Shown here piece after piece: positions 23,701 through 36,820 of a stretch of DNA of 64,000 bases. Source of the stretch: Octopus bimaculoides (lineage: Eukaryota); NCBI RefSeq assembly GCF_001194135.2, contig NC_068998.1:13452024-13516023 (forward strand), written 5' to 3'. A program made the translations under genes and the position numbers. The notes beneath the pieces are model-generated. The model made no database searches. It was not told the DNA's origin and saw only the letters and a program-made list of their open reading frames with translations. Each line of letters opens with the position of its first letter. The stretch's first letter is position 1.

Positions 23701-26700
23701 AAACTTGTTTCCAAATTAGATTGTTTCATTTAGTAATAAGCAGATATCAAATAATATCGCATATCAGATATTAAATATTAGAACATATTTGATAGCATTA
23801 AAAGAATGCCTTAAAAATTAACCTTGGAATGTCTCGAGATTAATCTTGGACCTCTTATATACCTTTGAATGCTTCAACCTATTAACCTTGGAATGCCTCA
23901 AAAATTAACCTTGGCCTTCTAATAAGCTTTAAAACCCTAAAAACGTTTTCCTGGATAAACTTTACTCTAATTTGGGTGCATTAAATGTATTTCTATGTCT
24001 TCTATGCCATTAAATACGGTTCTTTAAGATCCTGAGAAACCTGTTTAAGATATTCAATGACTGTTTGTTTGTGCATGTGTGTGTGTGTGTGTGTGTGTGT
24101 ATGATGTTATGGTAAAATATTTTTTATTTACAATACTCGTAAAATACTCAGGCAAGAACAGTGTATGTGGTATTTTAAACTTATTTTGTTCAATTTGATA
24201 CAATAATGAAAATATAAAAAAAAAAAATTGTCTTATAGTAATTTGATCAAACTTGTGTAAATTATTAATTAATACAAAGTTAAATTGCTATTAGTAATAT
24301 TTCACCTTTTTGTATTAAAACCGATGAGAATAACAAAGTATCTTGTATTTGTCATTAAAAAAAAAGTTAAATTCATCATCCCCATTTAATGTATGCATTT
24401 ACATACTAGTTGCATGGGTCACATGAAATATATTGAGGGAGGTAGATTTTCTACAGCCAGATGCACTTTCTGTCATCAACTGTCATCTGTTTCTAGGCGA
24501 AGTAATATTTCTCCATTGCCAGACATGTTTCCATGGAAGACTGGAAAATGGAGGATACCACTCATGAAGGTAACACTTATTTACAGCTAACACACAATAT
24601 CAAGTTGTCAAGGAGATAAAACACGCTCACCTCCATATATATATATATATATATATTATCATCATTTTCAGTCCAGGAGAAGTGAGAGACAAATAAGATT
24701 TATTTCCACATGGTTACAGCCATTTCATAATTCAATTTCTGTTACATCATTGACACTGAACTGATTCAAAGGTGCATACACATTATATACACTTCACATA
24801 TACAGTTTATGCATACATACATACAGATATATGTGCATATACAAATCAAATGTATAATGGCATAAAAATGCACCAAAGTGAACAACTCTTCAGACCATTT
24901 TCCAGGCATCCCAGATTCATTTCTAATGCACAAAGTAAAATCAACTTATTTTATATTTGTATGGTAAATTGAGAGAATTTTTAAAGAGTCCATTGCAAAA
25001 AAGAAATCTTTAAAAAAAATTATAGGAATTTTCTATGTCAAAAAGAAAAAATGTTAAAACATGCAGAAAACCAATAAGAAGGGTTTCATTAGAAAAAAGT
25101 TTAGCAGTTCAAATGTCAGTAAAAGGTATAGTTTGTAGACACTAAAATTTAGATATAAGCTAAGAAAAATGTACTCAGTAACTATTCACACCAAGCCAGT
25201 TTCTAATTATTTCAACCACGGGTATCCTACCCCACAATGAAATGCGGAAAAGAGAAATGCTGATGCCAAATGAGAACAAAGATCTATTAGGTAGAATTAG
25301 TTGCGGGATGTGTGTGTGTCCTGTTTGTGTTTGTTCCCCACCACTGCTTGACAAGGTTTATGCTCTCATAGAATAAGTACCACTTTAAAAATATGCACGA
25401 GTGTTGATTTGTTTGAGTAAAACTATTGAGGTAGTACTCTAGCATGACCACAGTTCAAGAACTGAAACAATTACAAAATAAAAGTCCAACCAAGTTCTGT
25501 GTGATATTTACATATAGTAATGCTAATCAGTCGAGGTTGCACAGCCTAGGTTAGGGTGTTGCACCCATGATCACATGATTGTGGTTTCAATTCCTGGACT
25601 GAGTGGTGATTTGTGTTCTTGAGCAAAACACTTCATCTCATGTTCTGCAATCACTTTGACACCTGATGTGTTGCACACCTGTTCAGGCAAAGACAATTTG
25701 ATGTACGTTTAATCGCTATTAGCAAACCATTTATGCAGGTTGTTCAGCAAAAAACTGTAGAACCATTCTTCTTGGACTATGAGAAACCATCATCATCAAC
25801 ACCAATATTGATTAGCACACTAGGGATCACACTCCACAGTGCATGTACATGTATTGATTTGTTTGACTGAATCTTTGCATGCAGTGCCCCAGCTTGGCCA
25901 CAGTCCAATGAGTAAAACAAGTGAAAGATATAAGATAAAACAGTGTTTGAATTAGTCCTCACTCTCAGCTGCTAAAACCAAGTATGAGAGAGAGAGAGAC
26001 AGAGAATGAGAAAGACAGAGAGAGAAAGGTGAGGAGAGAGAGGGAAAGCAGGAGAGAGACAGACAGACAGAGACAGACTGACAGACAGACAGAGTAAAAG
26101 AGACAGAGAGGGAGGGAAGGAAAGAGAGGATAGAGAGAGGGAGAAAGAGAGAGAGATGTTTTTGAAATGCTTAACACATTAACTTAATTCAAATTAACAT
26201 ACTTAATTTAATACTTAAAACAATTACAATTATTCAAGGAGAGTAAAAATGACAACTCAACATCTCAGTTAATTGTAATTAGATCATAATTCTTAATATT
26301 CACTGACACTTCATAGTTATTGCCCCTTCCAGACTGATCAGATTTAACCACATTTTGCTTTTTTTGTTTTTTTGTTACATGTTTTTAATCTTTCCTTCCA
26401 TCCTACAGAAGAAGCTTTAATTTATTAAAATTATTTTGCTGAATGCATTAAGATGCTTTTATTTTTTTTTGTACATGCTTAGCTGTTTATTTTCTATGCA
26501 TATGGCATCCCTGTGCAATTTCTCCCCAGTTATCAAAAATTGGGACAAACTCCAGCATAATCCCAATAACATATTCCGCTAATGACATTGGAGACAAAAA
26601 ATAATAACCAAATAAATTAATTAATAAAAGCTATAACACACATAACGAAAAAAAAAAAAAAGGTAAAATACATGTAATGAAGTTGATAAAAATGAAAACC

Positions 26701-27392
26701 AAACAAAAAGCAACAAATATAAAAATCACGCGAGATGAAAGATTTGAAATACAATTAACAGATGTTGTATCCCTTTAATGTCACCAGAATTAATGAATGA
26801 AACCAATCAGGAAAATACTATCTTGCTTTAACACCATCACTGCTTTCATTTACTCCAATGCCAGCACAACTAACAAGCCCATGCCACGCACCAACCTATG
26901 GCCATCACTTCATTTGCAGATACCAATAAATAAATAAATGAATATATAGATAGTCAATGAAAGAAACATATATAAACTAGATAAATAAATACTTCAATAA
27001 TTTACTGAAACAAAATCCATTTACTTATCTATTAGCTGCTATCATCAAAAGAAATACTGCCTCGAGGATTACACACAACAGTATCTTGAGAAACTAGGAT
27101 GCAACAGGAGCGAATCACAAAATTTCAAATGAATTTGTGTATGTCTGTATGTGTGTGTGTTAGCAATGATGGGAAACAAATATCTTGCTAATATAATGAT
27201 AATTGTTTTTTCATGCAAAGGATCTAAGCAAAGCGCTCAGTAAACATGAAATGAATTCAAGCATAGAGCAATGCCGTAATGAAATGTAATGATGGTTATA
27301 AATGTGAGGATGCTAGAAAATAAAACCATATTATACATATGAAGGCTTATATTTATATATATATATATATACGTGTATGTTTGTGTATATAC

Positions 27393-27437
<45 letters not shown>

Positions 27438-27447
27438 CGTGTATGTT

Positions 27448-27482
<35 letters not shown>

Positions 27483-27485
<3 letters not shown>

Positions 27486-27990
27486 CGCAGGAGTGGCTGT
27501 GTGGTAAGTAGCTTGCTTACCAACCACATGGTTCCGGGTTCAGTCCCACAGCATGGCACTTTGGGGAAGTGTCTTCTACTATAGCCTTGGGCCTACCAAA
27601 GCCTTGTGAGTGGATTTGGTAGACAGAAACTGAAAGAAGCCCATCGTATATATGTATATATATATGTGTGTTTGTGTGTGTGTGTGTGTCTGTATTTGTC
27701 CCCCCCCAATATTGCTTGACAACCGATGCTGGTGTGTTTACGTCCCCGTAACTTAGCGGTTCAGAATAAGTACTAGGCTTACAAAGAATAAGTCCTGGGG
27801 TTGATTTGTTGGTCTCTCGCTCAACTGTGCCCCACATGTAGTAATCAAGGGGTCGCAGTCTGGGGAGTTAGGTGGCCAGATGTCAGGGTGATGTCAGGCT
27901 TCAAATTCCGCCGAGGTGGACTTTGCCTTTCATCGTTTTGGAGTCGATAAATTAAGCACCAATCAAATGACTGAAACAAGTAAAAAGACT
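27483..27990 (+). mobile_element. SINE family A with its tail interrupted by a mariner fragment and a SINE C fragment
   Basis: Family A to about 27810; 27811-27895 matches 330-415 of this window; 27896-27960 is SINE C; the family A tail then resumes. Confidence 0.85.
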
Positions 27991-28039
27991 AAAAAAAAAA
28001 AGAATAAAAAATGAGTATATATATATTGTCATGAAATTG

Positions 28040-28482
28040 CCAAAATGAATGAAAATTTGTTACTCCTCCGTCCCAGACTGGTCAACAGAAGAGGGCCAAT
28101 TATTCTTCATGACAATGCTTGACCACACGTTTCACTAATAATGATCCAGAAGTTGAGGGACTTGCCTCAAAGTTCTTCCCCACCCAGCTTATTCCTCAGA
28201 CCTTTCTCCTACCGACTACCACTTTTTCAAGCACCTTGATGGTTTCCTGTGAGAGAAGGAGTTCAAAAATCAAACCGATGCTGAAAGTGCATTCAATGAG
28301 TTCATCAGCTCCAGAACTCCAGATTTTTATTTTACTGGAATAAACAAACTTGTAACTGGATGGCAAAAATGTGCTGATTGTAATGATACTTACTTTGATG
28401 AATAAAATCTCTGCATTGTTGAAATATATTGTGATGAATTTCATGTTTCAAAACGTTGCTTACTTTTTACTCAGCCTGATAT
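28040..28482 (+). mobile_element. Mariner (DD34D) transposase 3' fragment with right terminal repeat
   Basis: RRGPIILHDNA*PH...PHPAYSSDLSPTDYHFFKHLD...INKLVTGWQKC.DCND.YFDE*, followed by ttactttttactcagcctgata. Confidence 0.92.
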
Positions 28483-28841
28483 ATTCAATAATGACACTCA
28501 AAGCAAACATCATTTCAGTCTAGTCTATTGGTTTGGGGCAAAGTATTTCAAAGTCATTTGCCCAAATCTCAAGTAGATCAGGACTTCTTTTCTTGTTTCA
28601 AATATTGAGACTAATGATAAAAAGAGCCCTCCAAAACAACTTCATGTTTGTCTCTAATTACAGACAGTAATTCAAATATTTCAACTTCCTTTGAAATATA
28701 TTTCAACAGTGAGGTAGATGTGTGTTTATGTGTATGCATGTGTGTGAGCATATACATATCTCTGTTTTACATATAGACACACATACACACGCAAGCAAAC
28801 ACACATAAATATGTGTGTGCATGTGTGTTATATATACGTAC

Positions 28842-29050
28842 ATGGTGCGGGCATGGCTGTGTGGTTAGGAAGCTTGTTCCCAGCAACATGGTCTTGGGCT
28901 CAGTCCCATCACGTGGCACTTTCAGCAAGTGTCTTCTGCTATAGCCCCAGGCTGACCAAAGCTTTGTAATTGAACTTGGTAGGCAGAAGTTACTGCTGCA
29001 TGCGTACATGTGTGTGTAGGTGCTTTTGCCTCTCTGAGAGAGAGAGAGAA

Positions 29051-29099
<49 letters not shown>

Positions 29100-29220
29100 A
29101 AAGGTTTCTTTCAATTTCAACCAACCAAATCCACTCATAAAGTTATAGAAGAAGACACGTGGGACTGAACCTGGAACTATGTGGTTGGGAATCAAGCTTC
29201 TTACCACACAGCCATGCCTG
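28842..29220 (-). mobile_element. Two SINE family A head fragments (28842-28985 plus strand, 29105-29220 minus strand) around a (TA)n tract
   Basis: ggcatggctgtgtggttag...ggctcagtccc and cttaccacacagccatgcc. Confidence 0.7.
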
Positions 29221-29410
29221 TGTCTATGTACGCATTTTTATACATGTATATACATATATGTCGTCGTCATCATCATCACCACCGTGTACATATACACAGA
29301 CAGAATGCAAGTATGTTTATATGTACATACACACAATGATCTGTTTTGCATGTTTACATGTGTATATTGCTTACGTTCACTTTCATATATGCTCATTTAC
29401 AATCGTCTGC

Positions 29411-29456
<46 letters not shown>

Positions 29457-29929
29457 GCATGTGATGTATGAGTACATGTGATGCATGCAGGTGAGCATAT
29501 CTACTTATATAAACACACTTCAAACCCATTCCTTGAATTTTTAGCAACTCACCCTATAATTTTCTGTAGAGATTTGATGAATGTATCTGATAGCTGCATT
29601 TGTTACCTTGTCATTTACATGGCTTATTGACTAGATTAATAGATGAGTAGGTTGCAGAAGGCATCCACAGATTTTACATTGCTGCCCAAAACTATGCATA
29701 TCTTATGTTTACTAACTTAACAGTCACTTGATCTTTCACTTAACGATCATCTTACATTGGGTAAGGTACTAGTTATAGGGCCAAGAGATTAACAGCATGA
29801 ATGTCAAAATATAACTACAAAGACAATTATAGGTTTTGTGATATTAAAGGAATAGGGGGGAAAAGTGTTATCTAACCCTACCCTGTCAGATCAACAGGTC
29901 AACTCCCACCTAGATATTCAGGTAAAATA

Positions 29930-30149
29930 TCAAGAGGGTGCTGAAAAGTTCCTGGTCTTAACGGTATTGTTAAAGGCCTGGTTGGCGGTCCAACCTTTCA
30001 AGATCTTTTTCAGGACTTAGGAAAACTGAAGGACTGCTGCAATAAGTGTGTGAATCTGGGAGGGGAATATGTTAAATATATTCCTAATTAACTGATCATC
30101 CTGTGTTTTCTTTTACCAAAAACCAGGAATTTCTCAGCATGCCCTCATA
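29930..30149 (+). mobile_element. Mariner-derived MITE of about 220 bp
   Basis: TIRs agagggtgctgaaaagttcctgg / ccaggaatttctcagcatgccctcata; residual transposase tail (DCCNKCVNLGGEYVK*). Second copy at 35127. Confidence 0.85.
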
Positions 30150-30229
30150 CACCCACTCTTGTAAGTAACTTGGGCTTTATTATTTAATAATTTAATGTAT
30201 CCCTTTTTTTCTTTTTTTCCTTTTTTAGA

Positions 30230-30650
30230 TGGGATTTGATCTCAATGAGGTATATCTCCTATTATTGTTTCACTTTTCTTACATTAACTTTGTACCAAGA
30301 AATCTATGATCGAAGTCGTTGCAACCATGACCATTCCATCTGTTTGAAGTAGCTATGAATACATTGTCGACTGTGTCCTTCCAGGCTTTTTTTTTTTAAA
30401 GATGATGGGAAGTGATTTTAGCAAGATTTTTTGCCATTGTTGTTTCGCCAAGGCAACCCTGATCAAATAAACTTATTGTCAAAGACATATACAACCACAA
30501 ACATTCAAGAACTACATTATCTAGCGTGTCCTATTTTTTATTAAGATGATGGAATGTGATCTGAGAGAGGTGTGACTTTTTGAGAGAGGTATGCCTTTTT
30601 GAGAGAGGTGTGCTATTTTTGGCAGGTCAAGTGACCATGTCTAGAGTCTA
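30230..30650. repeat. Unclassified repeat family G (gatgg..tgtgatttgag.gagatttggctgctatttct.gc units, often tandem)
   Basis: Related units at about 47400-47720, 50820-51120, 54620-54900 and 57830-58230. Confidence 0.6.
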
Positions 30651-30884
30651 CTCCAAACTTTCCTTTGACCTTTCTGCATGGAACAATAAGTAGTGACATT
30701 TGTAGTATATAATTCAAATACAACGAGTGACAGTCAAGAGTGGAAATCTTTTTTCCTTTTTTAATTTAATTTTTTTAAATTTTTTTTTTTACCAGAAACT
30801 GAGAAGTAAGCAGGTTAAAAGCTTGAGAGAGGAGTGGGTAGCTGTCAAAATTAGAAAGCCATTGAAATTTTGAGTTAATCTATT

Positions 30885-31157
30885 GTTACCTTGGACTGGC
30901 TCTTGTGCAGATGGCACATAAAATACACCATTTTGAGCGTGGCCGTTGCCAGTACCGCCTGACTGGCCTGCGTGCGGGTGACACGTAAAAGCACTCACTA
31001 CACTCTGAGTGGTTGGCGTTAGGAAGGGCATCCAGCTGTAGAAACTCTGCCAAATCAGATTGGAGCCTGGTGTTGCCATCTGGTTTCACCAGTCCTCAGT
31101 CAAATCGTCCAACCCATGCTAGCATGGAAAGCGGACGTTAAACGACGATGATGATGT
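30885..31157 (+). mobile_element. Family B retroposon copy
   Basis: Near-identical to 55660-55935. Confidence 0.92.
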
Positions 31158-31256
31158 TGGTTTCAGATGAATGGGGTTGAAAAACAGCCTACTGTCAGTT
31201 CTCTTCGTCAAGTATCATCCAATCTGAAATACCCGACTTTCACCAGTTCAACCTCT

Positions 31257-31643
31257 CTTCTACTTGTTACAGTCATTTGACTGTGGCCATGCTGGAGCAC
31301 TGCCTTTAGTCAAGCAAATCAACCCCGTGACTTATTCTTTGTAAGCCTAGTACTTACTCTATTGGTCTCTTTTGCCGAACTGCTAAGTTACGGTGACATA
31401 AACACACCGCATCAGTTGTCAAGCGATGTTTGGGGAGACAAACACAGACACAAACACACTCAGACATATATACATATATATGACGGGCTTCTCTCAATTT
31501 CTGTCTACCAAATCCACTCACAAGGCTTTGGTTGGCCCGAGGCTATAGCAGAAGACACATGTCCATGGTGCCATGCAGTGGGACTGAACCCGGAACCATG
31601 TGGTTGGTAAACAAACTACTTACCACACAGCCACTCCTGCGCC
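31257..31643 (-). mobile_element. SINE family A, full length
   Basis: Colinear reverse complement of 3561-3965. Confidence 0.92.
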
Positions 31644-31899
31644 TTGTGCTTTATTTAACCTTTCTTCATCCCTGGTACCTTCCATTATTGCTACATTTTG
31701 CATTATCATCAAGCATGAGACATTAATTCACACTACATATTCAATACCAGCACATACAACTCCTTTACATTCAACAACTGATAGTCAAAAATTCCATTTA
31801 CTATCTCAACTAAACTGTTTTCTATTTCTCCAGTAAATTAATGTTACATCTACATGCCAGGGTTGCATGTCCGGCCCATTTAAAAGTACCCTTGATGAG

Positions 31900-32210
31900 T
31901 CAGGTGATATGATATGCTTGAGAAAACCTGTTGAGTCAAGTAAAACCAAAATCGTAGCTGTGGCTAGTGCCCCCTGACTGGCTCCCATGCTAGTGGCACA
32001 TAAAAAGCACCATCCAAATGTGGTCGATGCCAGGACCACCTGGCTGACTCCTGTCCCAGTGGCATGTAAAAAGCACCATCTAAACGTGGTCGATGCCAAT
32101 GCTGCCTGACTGGATCCCATGCCGGTGGCACGTAAAAAGCCTTATCTGAACATGATCAATGCCAGGGCCGCCTGACTGGCTCCTGTGCCAGTGGCATGTA
32201 AAGAAGGCTC
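31900..32210 (+). mobile_element. Family B 5' region with four tandem units of about 64 bp
   Basis: Repeating gactggctcc..gccagtggcacgtaaaaagcaccatc..tggtcgatgcca units. Confidence 0.8.
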
Positions 32211-32834
32211 ACACTCTTTACACATGCTTCACATGGTCTGTTCCATGCAAGACAGGAAAAATACTGTTGCTTTCATCCCTTGAATTTCTGTCTTCCATTC
32301 CATTTTTACTTCGAATATTGAGCTCTCTCTAAAACTACCTCTAGTATTAAATTAGTTACAGAAGTTATCGGCTGCATCTAGCAAACCAATGACTACAATT
32401 GTTTCATATAGTTTGTGTGCTTAAAACAGTGTTTGTTTTTCAAATACTCAGAGATATTACTATATCATTTATTTATTTAGTACAGGCATCACGTATACAG
32501 TATTCAGTTATTTCCAACTCACTTCTTTTCATAGATCTACGTCTCTAATTACACATATTTTATAACATCCGTTACTAATGCACACTTTAGTGCTAGCCAA
32601 GTTGACAGTTAAACATCTAGGCAAAATTTTCATTAAAGATTCAAAAGATTTTTGAAGATTATTTTTGAAACAGATATGACAATAATAAATGTCTTTAACA
32701 TTATGCTTAGCTATTAACTCACAGCTTTTCAGGAATACAAACAGACCATTCATGGAACATCATTGAACATAGGCCCAAAACAACAAGATAGTACGTAATT
32801 TATTGTCAGGGAGCAAAGCAGAGAAATTTTATTA

Positions 32835-33022
32835 TATATATATACATATATATGACGGGCTTCTTTCAGTTTCCATCTACCAAATCCACTCACAAGGCTT
32901 TGGTTGGCCCGAGGCTATAGTAGAAGACACTTGCCCAAGGTGCCACGCAGTGGGACTGAACCTGGAACCATGTGGTTGGTAAGCAAGCTACTTACCACAC
33001 CCATACAGCCACTCCTGCGCCT
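32835..33022 (-). mobile_element. SINE family A head half
   Basis: Near-identical to the reverse complement of 3561-3722. Confidence 0.92.
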
Positions 33023-33941
33023 ACTGTTTTTTTTTTTGTTTTATCTACATCCATTTAGGATCAAGAATTTATGGTTGTAAACATCCACTGAGTTAACTAA
33101 TGTTTGACAGTGATAGCTGCGAACTAGTGAACATAGACAATCTGAAAGAAGCTGATTAGTGAAAGTGAAAGTGAAATCTAATGTTGCAGAAAAGCACCAG
33201 CAACAGTGTCAGGTACCAAATAACTATCATTCATGAAAATTTGTGCAGATGTGGAAATGATATGATAAACAACAACATCAGCTAAATTTATATTTCATTT
33301 TAAACAATAACACAGAAATAACAACATATTATATTACACTGAGAACATATTATATTACACTGACAAACAATTTGAAATATTTTCTAAAAAAAAAAAAATG
33401 AACACCAAATTCTAATACATTGAAAAATATTAACAGAAGACAATCAAATTAAAAACTTAATGAAGTGTATTTGAAAAATTAGAGTGATCTTTTGTGTTAG
33501 AAACATAATTGAAGCATCAATGAAGATAATTAAAAAAACCTTAATAATGGGGAGTATACAAAAATAACTTGTCTACCCGGAATGACCAAAATGAATAAGT
33601 TAATACATAGCAGTAGGTGTTGTTATAGATTCATCTCTATTTTTCAGTAGCATCATTTAGTTACCGTATTAATGTAGCATCAGTGAAAATATGATATCTA
33701 TTATAAATCAGGAAAACTACGCTTTTCTTTGTATACATTCCCCATTATTGTTGGCTTTCAATTTCATTGTTTTACTTATGTATCCCTATAATCAACTCTT
33801 CATAACAATGAATCATCATTTCAAGAGAACACCTTCACCAATAAAATGTTCCCAACCCCCAAAATTAATTCAGATTAATGTCTCAGGAGATGCTATTTTG
33901 ATAGACAAAAGTGAAATTGAGATCTAAGATAGAATTATTGA

Positions 33942-34104
33942 TCAATCTATTTGTTTTCCAAGTAACAGTGCAATTTCCGCAATGACTCCTAGTATTATTG
34001 GAAGTAGCAAAATAAGAAATACAAACAGGGCTATCTTAAGAGCTTTATAGGCCCTATGGCGAACTAAAATACTTGGGTCTCTACAAACACAACCACTACA
34101 AAAA
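33942..34104 (-). CDS. Candidate terminal exon with a transmembrane-like segment (FCSGCVCRDPSILVRHRAYKALKIALFVFLILLLPIILGVIAEIALLLGKQID*)
   Basis: ttacag| acceptor; 54 open codons with a basic-then-hydrophobic pattern; U-rich sequence downstream. No phase-compatible upstream exon found. Confidence 0.3.
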
Positions 34105-34529
34105 CTGTAATTTGTATAAATATAATTATAGAATTAGAAACTGGACTTCTCAAATCATCAAAAGGATAGGATAAAAAAAATTCTAGTGTTATTCAACTTC
34201 ATTAAAAGATCATCCCTGTCTGGGATGGTTGAGAGTGTTGAAAACTAATCCCTAAAAAACATAGAAGTTTGGAGAAATATCTTTCCAGTTTCCAGTATAG
34301 TATAGTAATTCAAGTGCTTGATAAAGTAGAATAGTACAAAATGAGGAAATTATAGAGGAGAAAAAAAAAAAAAGAAAAGATTTGGTTTCATGAAAAAGAA
34401 ATTTGTACATATATGTAATAATTCCAAAACTAAATAGAAATCTGTTTTAACTGTTGTGAGATGTAATTCTATAATTAAAACTAAATTAAAAATTCAAATT
34501 TTGCAATATATATATATACAAGTACTTAC

Positions 34530-34564
34530 TTGTTCTCTCATAAAATAAGACAAAAGTTTTGACG
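34530..34564 (-). CDS. Candidate 35-nt exon of tentative gene B (SKLLSYFMREQ)
   Basis: ctgcag| acceptor and perfect CAA|gtaagt donor; phase-compatible with 42928-43009. Confidence 0.3.
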
Positions 34565-34802
34565 CTGCAGTTTAGGAATGGCAATACGTGTGCATGCATG
34601 TTTGTGTGTCTTGAATTGCAAGTTGTCATTGCCAGGTCCTTGCTTTGGTCATTCACAGAAGAAAGACTCAAGAGAATTTGAACAAGAGACAACTATTTTC
34701 TATCTATCTCTTTATTGCTCTTCCTTTCTATCTATCATTTTATATATGGATACATATACATAAACACACATTTGTGTGTGTGTGTGCGTGCACATAAATG
34801 TA

Positions 34803-34872
<70 letters not shown>

Positions 34873-35126
34873 CACACATACACATACATTAATAATAAAT
34901 AGTACTGAATTTTTTTCAGGAGTGTTTTTCCTTTTTTTCTCTTTTGCCTTGTTTTTTTTTAATTATTTTCTCTGTTTAATTCAATATTCCCCAAGAAATT
35001 TTAGTTGCTTTTGGGACTGGGTAGCTAGCTGCTTTTTGATTGGATAAATTGGTATCATTAACACAAAGAAAACAGTGGTTAATTATCATAAAAGAGAATC
35101 TGATACATTTTTTAAAGAAGTCAATA

Positions 35127-35346
35127 TACGAGGGGGGTGCTGAAAAGCTCCTGGCTTTGATGGTATTGCAAAAGGCCTGATCGGAAGTCCAACCTTCCAA
35201 GTTCTTTTACTGGGCTTTGAAAAACTGATGGACTGCTGCAATAAGTGTGTGAATCTGAGAGGGGAATATATTGAATACAATCATAATTAACTGATCTATC
35301 TGTATTTTTTTTACCCAAAACCAAAAACTTTTCACCATCTCTTCAT
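35127..35346 (+). mobile_element. Mariner-derived MITE, second copy
   Basis: tacgaggggggtgctgaaaagctcctgg...aaaacttttcaccatctcttcata; colinear with 29930-30149. Confidence 0.85.
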
Positions 35347-35879
35347 ATATGTTTTTATATTGATAGAAGGCCTCTTCACACAAGAATGTTGGGATCAGGA
35401 GGTGTGAGTTCTGTGTATATAGTAGAGAGCCCTCAATATCTGGGATGCCCAAGGCCATTTCCCCTTTTGTCCTCTCCAGCTCCTGTAAATCTGGCTATGA
35501 GTTCAGTATAAGCTTACAAGTAAAGATAGTGACAGTTCAAATGCATTCAATCATAAGTCTTCTCGATTAAGACTGCACTGGGGGTTAAGCAAGAACTACA
35601 ACCAATGTAAAACCTGCGTAGTAAGAAATGTTTATTCTCTTTGGTCAAGATTCAAATGACAAATGATCATAAATATTCCCAGCTGAACTTGGGTTATAAA
35701 AAGTTACAATGTGGAAGTATTACAAGCGCTAAAAAAATCAAAAGGTCAAATTAAATTATTAAGTATAGAATCCTTTGAAAACAAAAGCAAAAAAAAATCT
35801 CTCATATTGACATTATCACAGAAATACCACAGTATGTTATATGCAACTAACAGACAAAGATGACGACGGTAGTGCCACC

Positions 35880-36032
35880 ACCACCACCTTCCGTCTACCA
35901 GATCCACTCACAAGGCTTTGGTCAAACCAGGGCTATAGTAGAAGACACTTGCCCAAGGTGCCACGCAGTGGGACTGAACCCGGAACCATGTGGTTGGTAA
36001 GCAAGCTACTTACCACACAGCCACTCCTGCAC
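35880..36032 (-). mobile_element. SINE family A head half
   Basis: Matches the family A consensus. Confidence 0.9.
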
Positions 36033-36298
36033 CTATATATTTATACTGAAAAATTCATTATCTGAAAGTCTTCAGTCTTTGCTTTCTCCCTGCTTGCATG
36101 TATACACATATATGTATCATCTTCATTATCATAACCAGCCGAAATTGCAAAGATAATCTGGAACTCGACTGAGGAAAGAAAACTCTGAATGACCTGTCCT
36201 TGTTTTCTTTGTATCGTCTGTCTGAATGTTTTGCATTCTTGCCCCATTTTTGTATTTTTTATATATAAAATATAGCGGCGTACATACACTTTGGTCTC

Positions 36299-36365
<67 letters not shown>

Positions 36366-36452
36366 AACTATTTTATATAGAGAATGTTAACATTAACAAT
36401 ACTTAGAAACAAGCCAGAATTGGCGTGCTCAAATTGAGCTATGTTCACAATT

Positions 36453-36641
36453 TATAATTTCAATGGAGGAAATACAAGTGGAAAACCAGAAGAACATTAT
36501 CTATCATCCAGCAGAATATTCAATATATATGTGTATTCAATATATAATGTCAAAGAAAATACACATATATAGTGAATATTCTGTTGGATGATAGATCATG
36601 TTCTTCTAGTTTTCCACTTTTATTGCCTCCATTCAAATTAT

Positions 36642-36642
<1 letters not shown>
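36453..36642. repeat. Foldback inverted repeat: 85-bp arms (78/85 identical), 20-bp spacer
   Basis: 36453-36537 versus the reverse complement of 36558-36642, aligned by eye without gaps. Confidence 0.95.
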
Positions 36643-36672
<30 letters not shown>

Positions 36673-36696
36673 TATATATATATATANNNNNNNNNN

Positions 36697-36736
<40 letters not shown>

Positions 36737-36788
36737 TGTATATTAAACCCAAGCTGTTATATTTAATTTGTTTATCTGTATAATTGCC

Positions 36789-36820
<32 letters not shown>

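Noticed and set aside
31976-32205. Regularly spaced repeats resembling a CRISPR array
   Set aside because: Eukaryotic DNA; whole units repeat with no unique spacers and no cas genes.
35480-35519. SCKSGYEF as an EGF-like motif
   Set aside because: Only 13 codons; no further cysteines or neighbouring exons.
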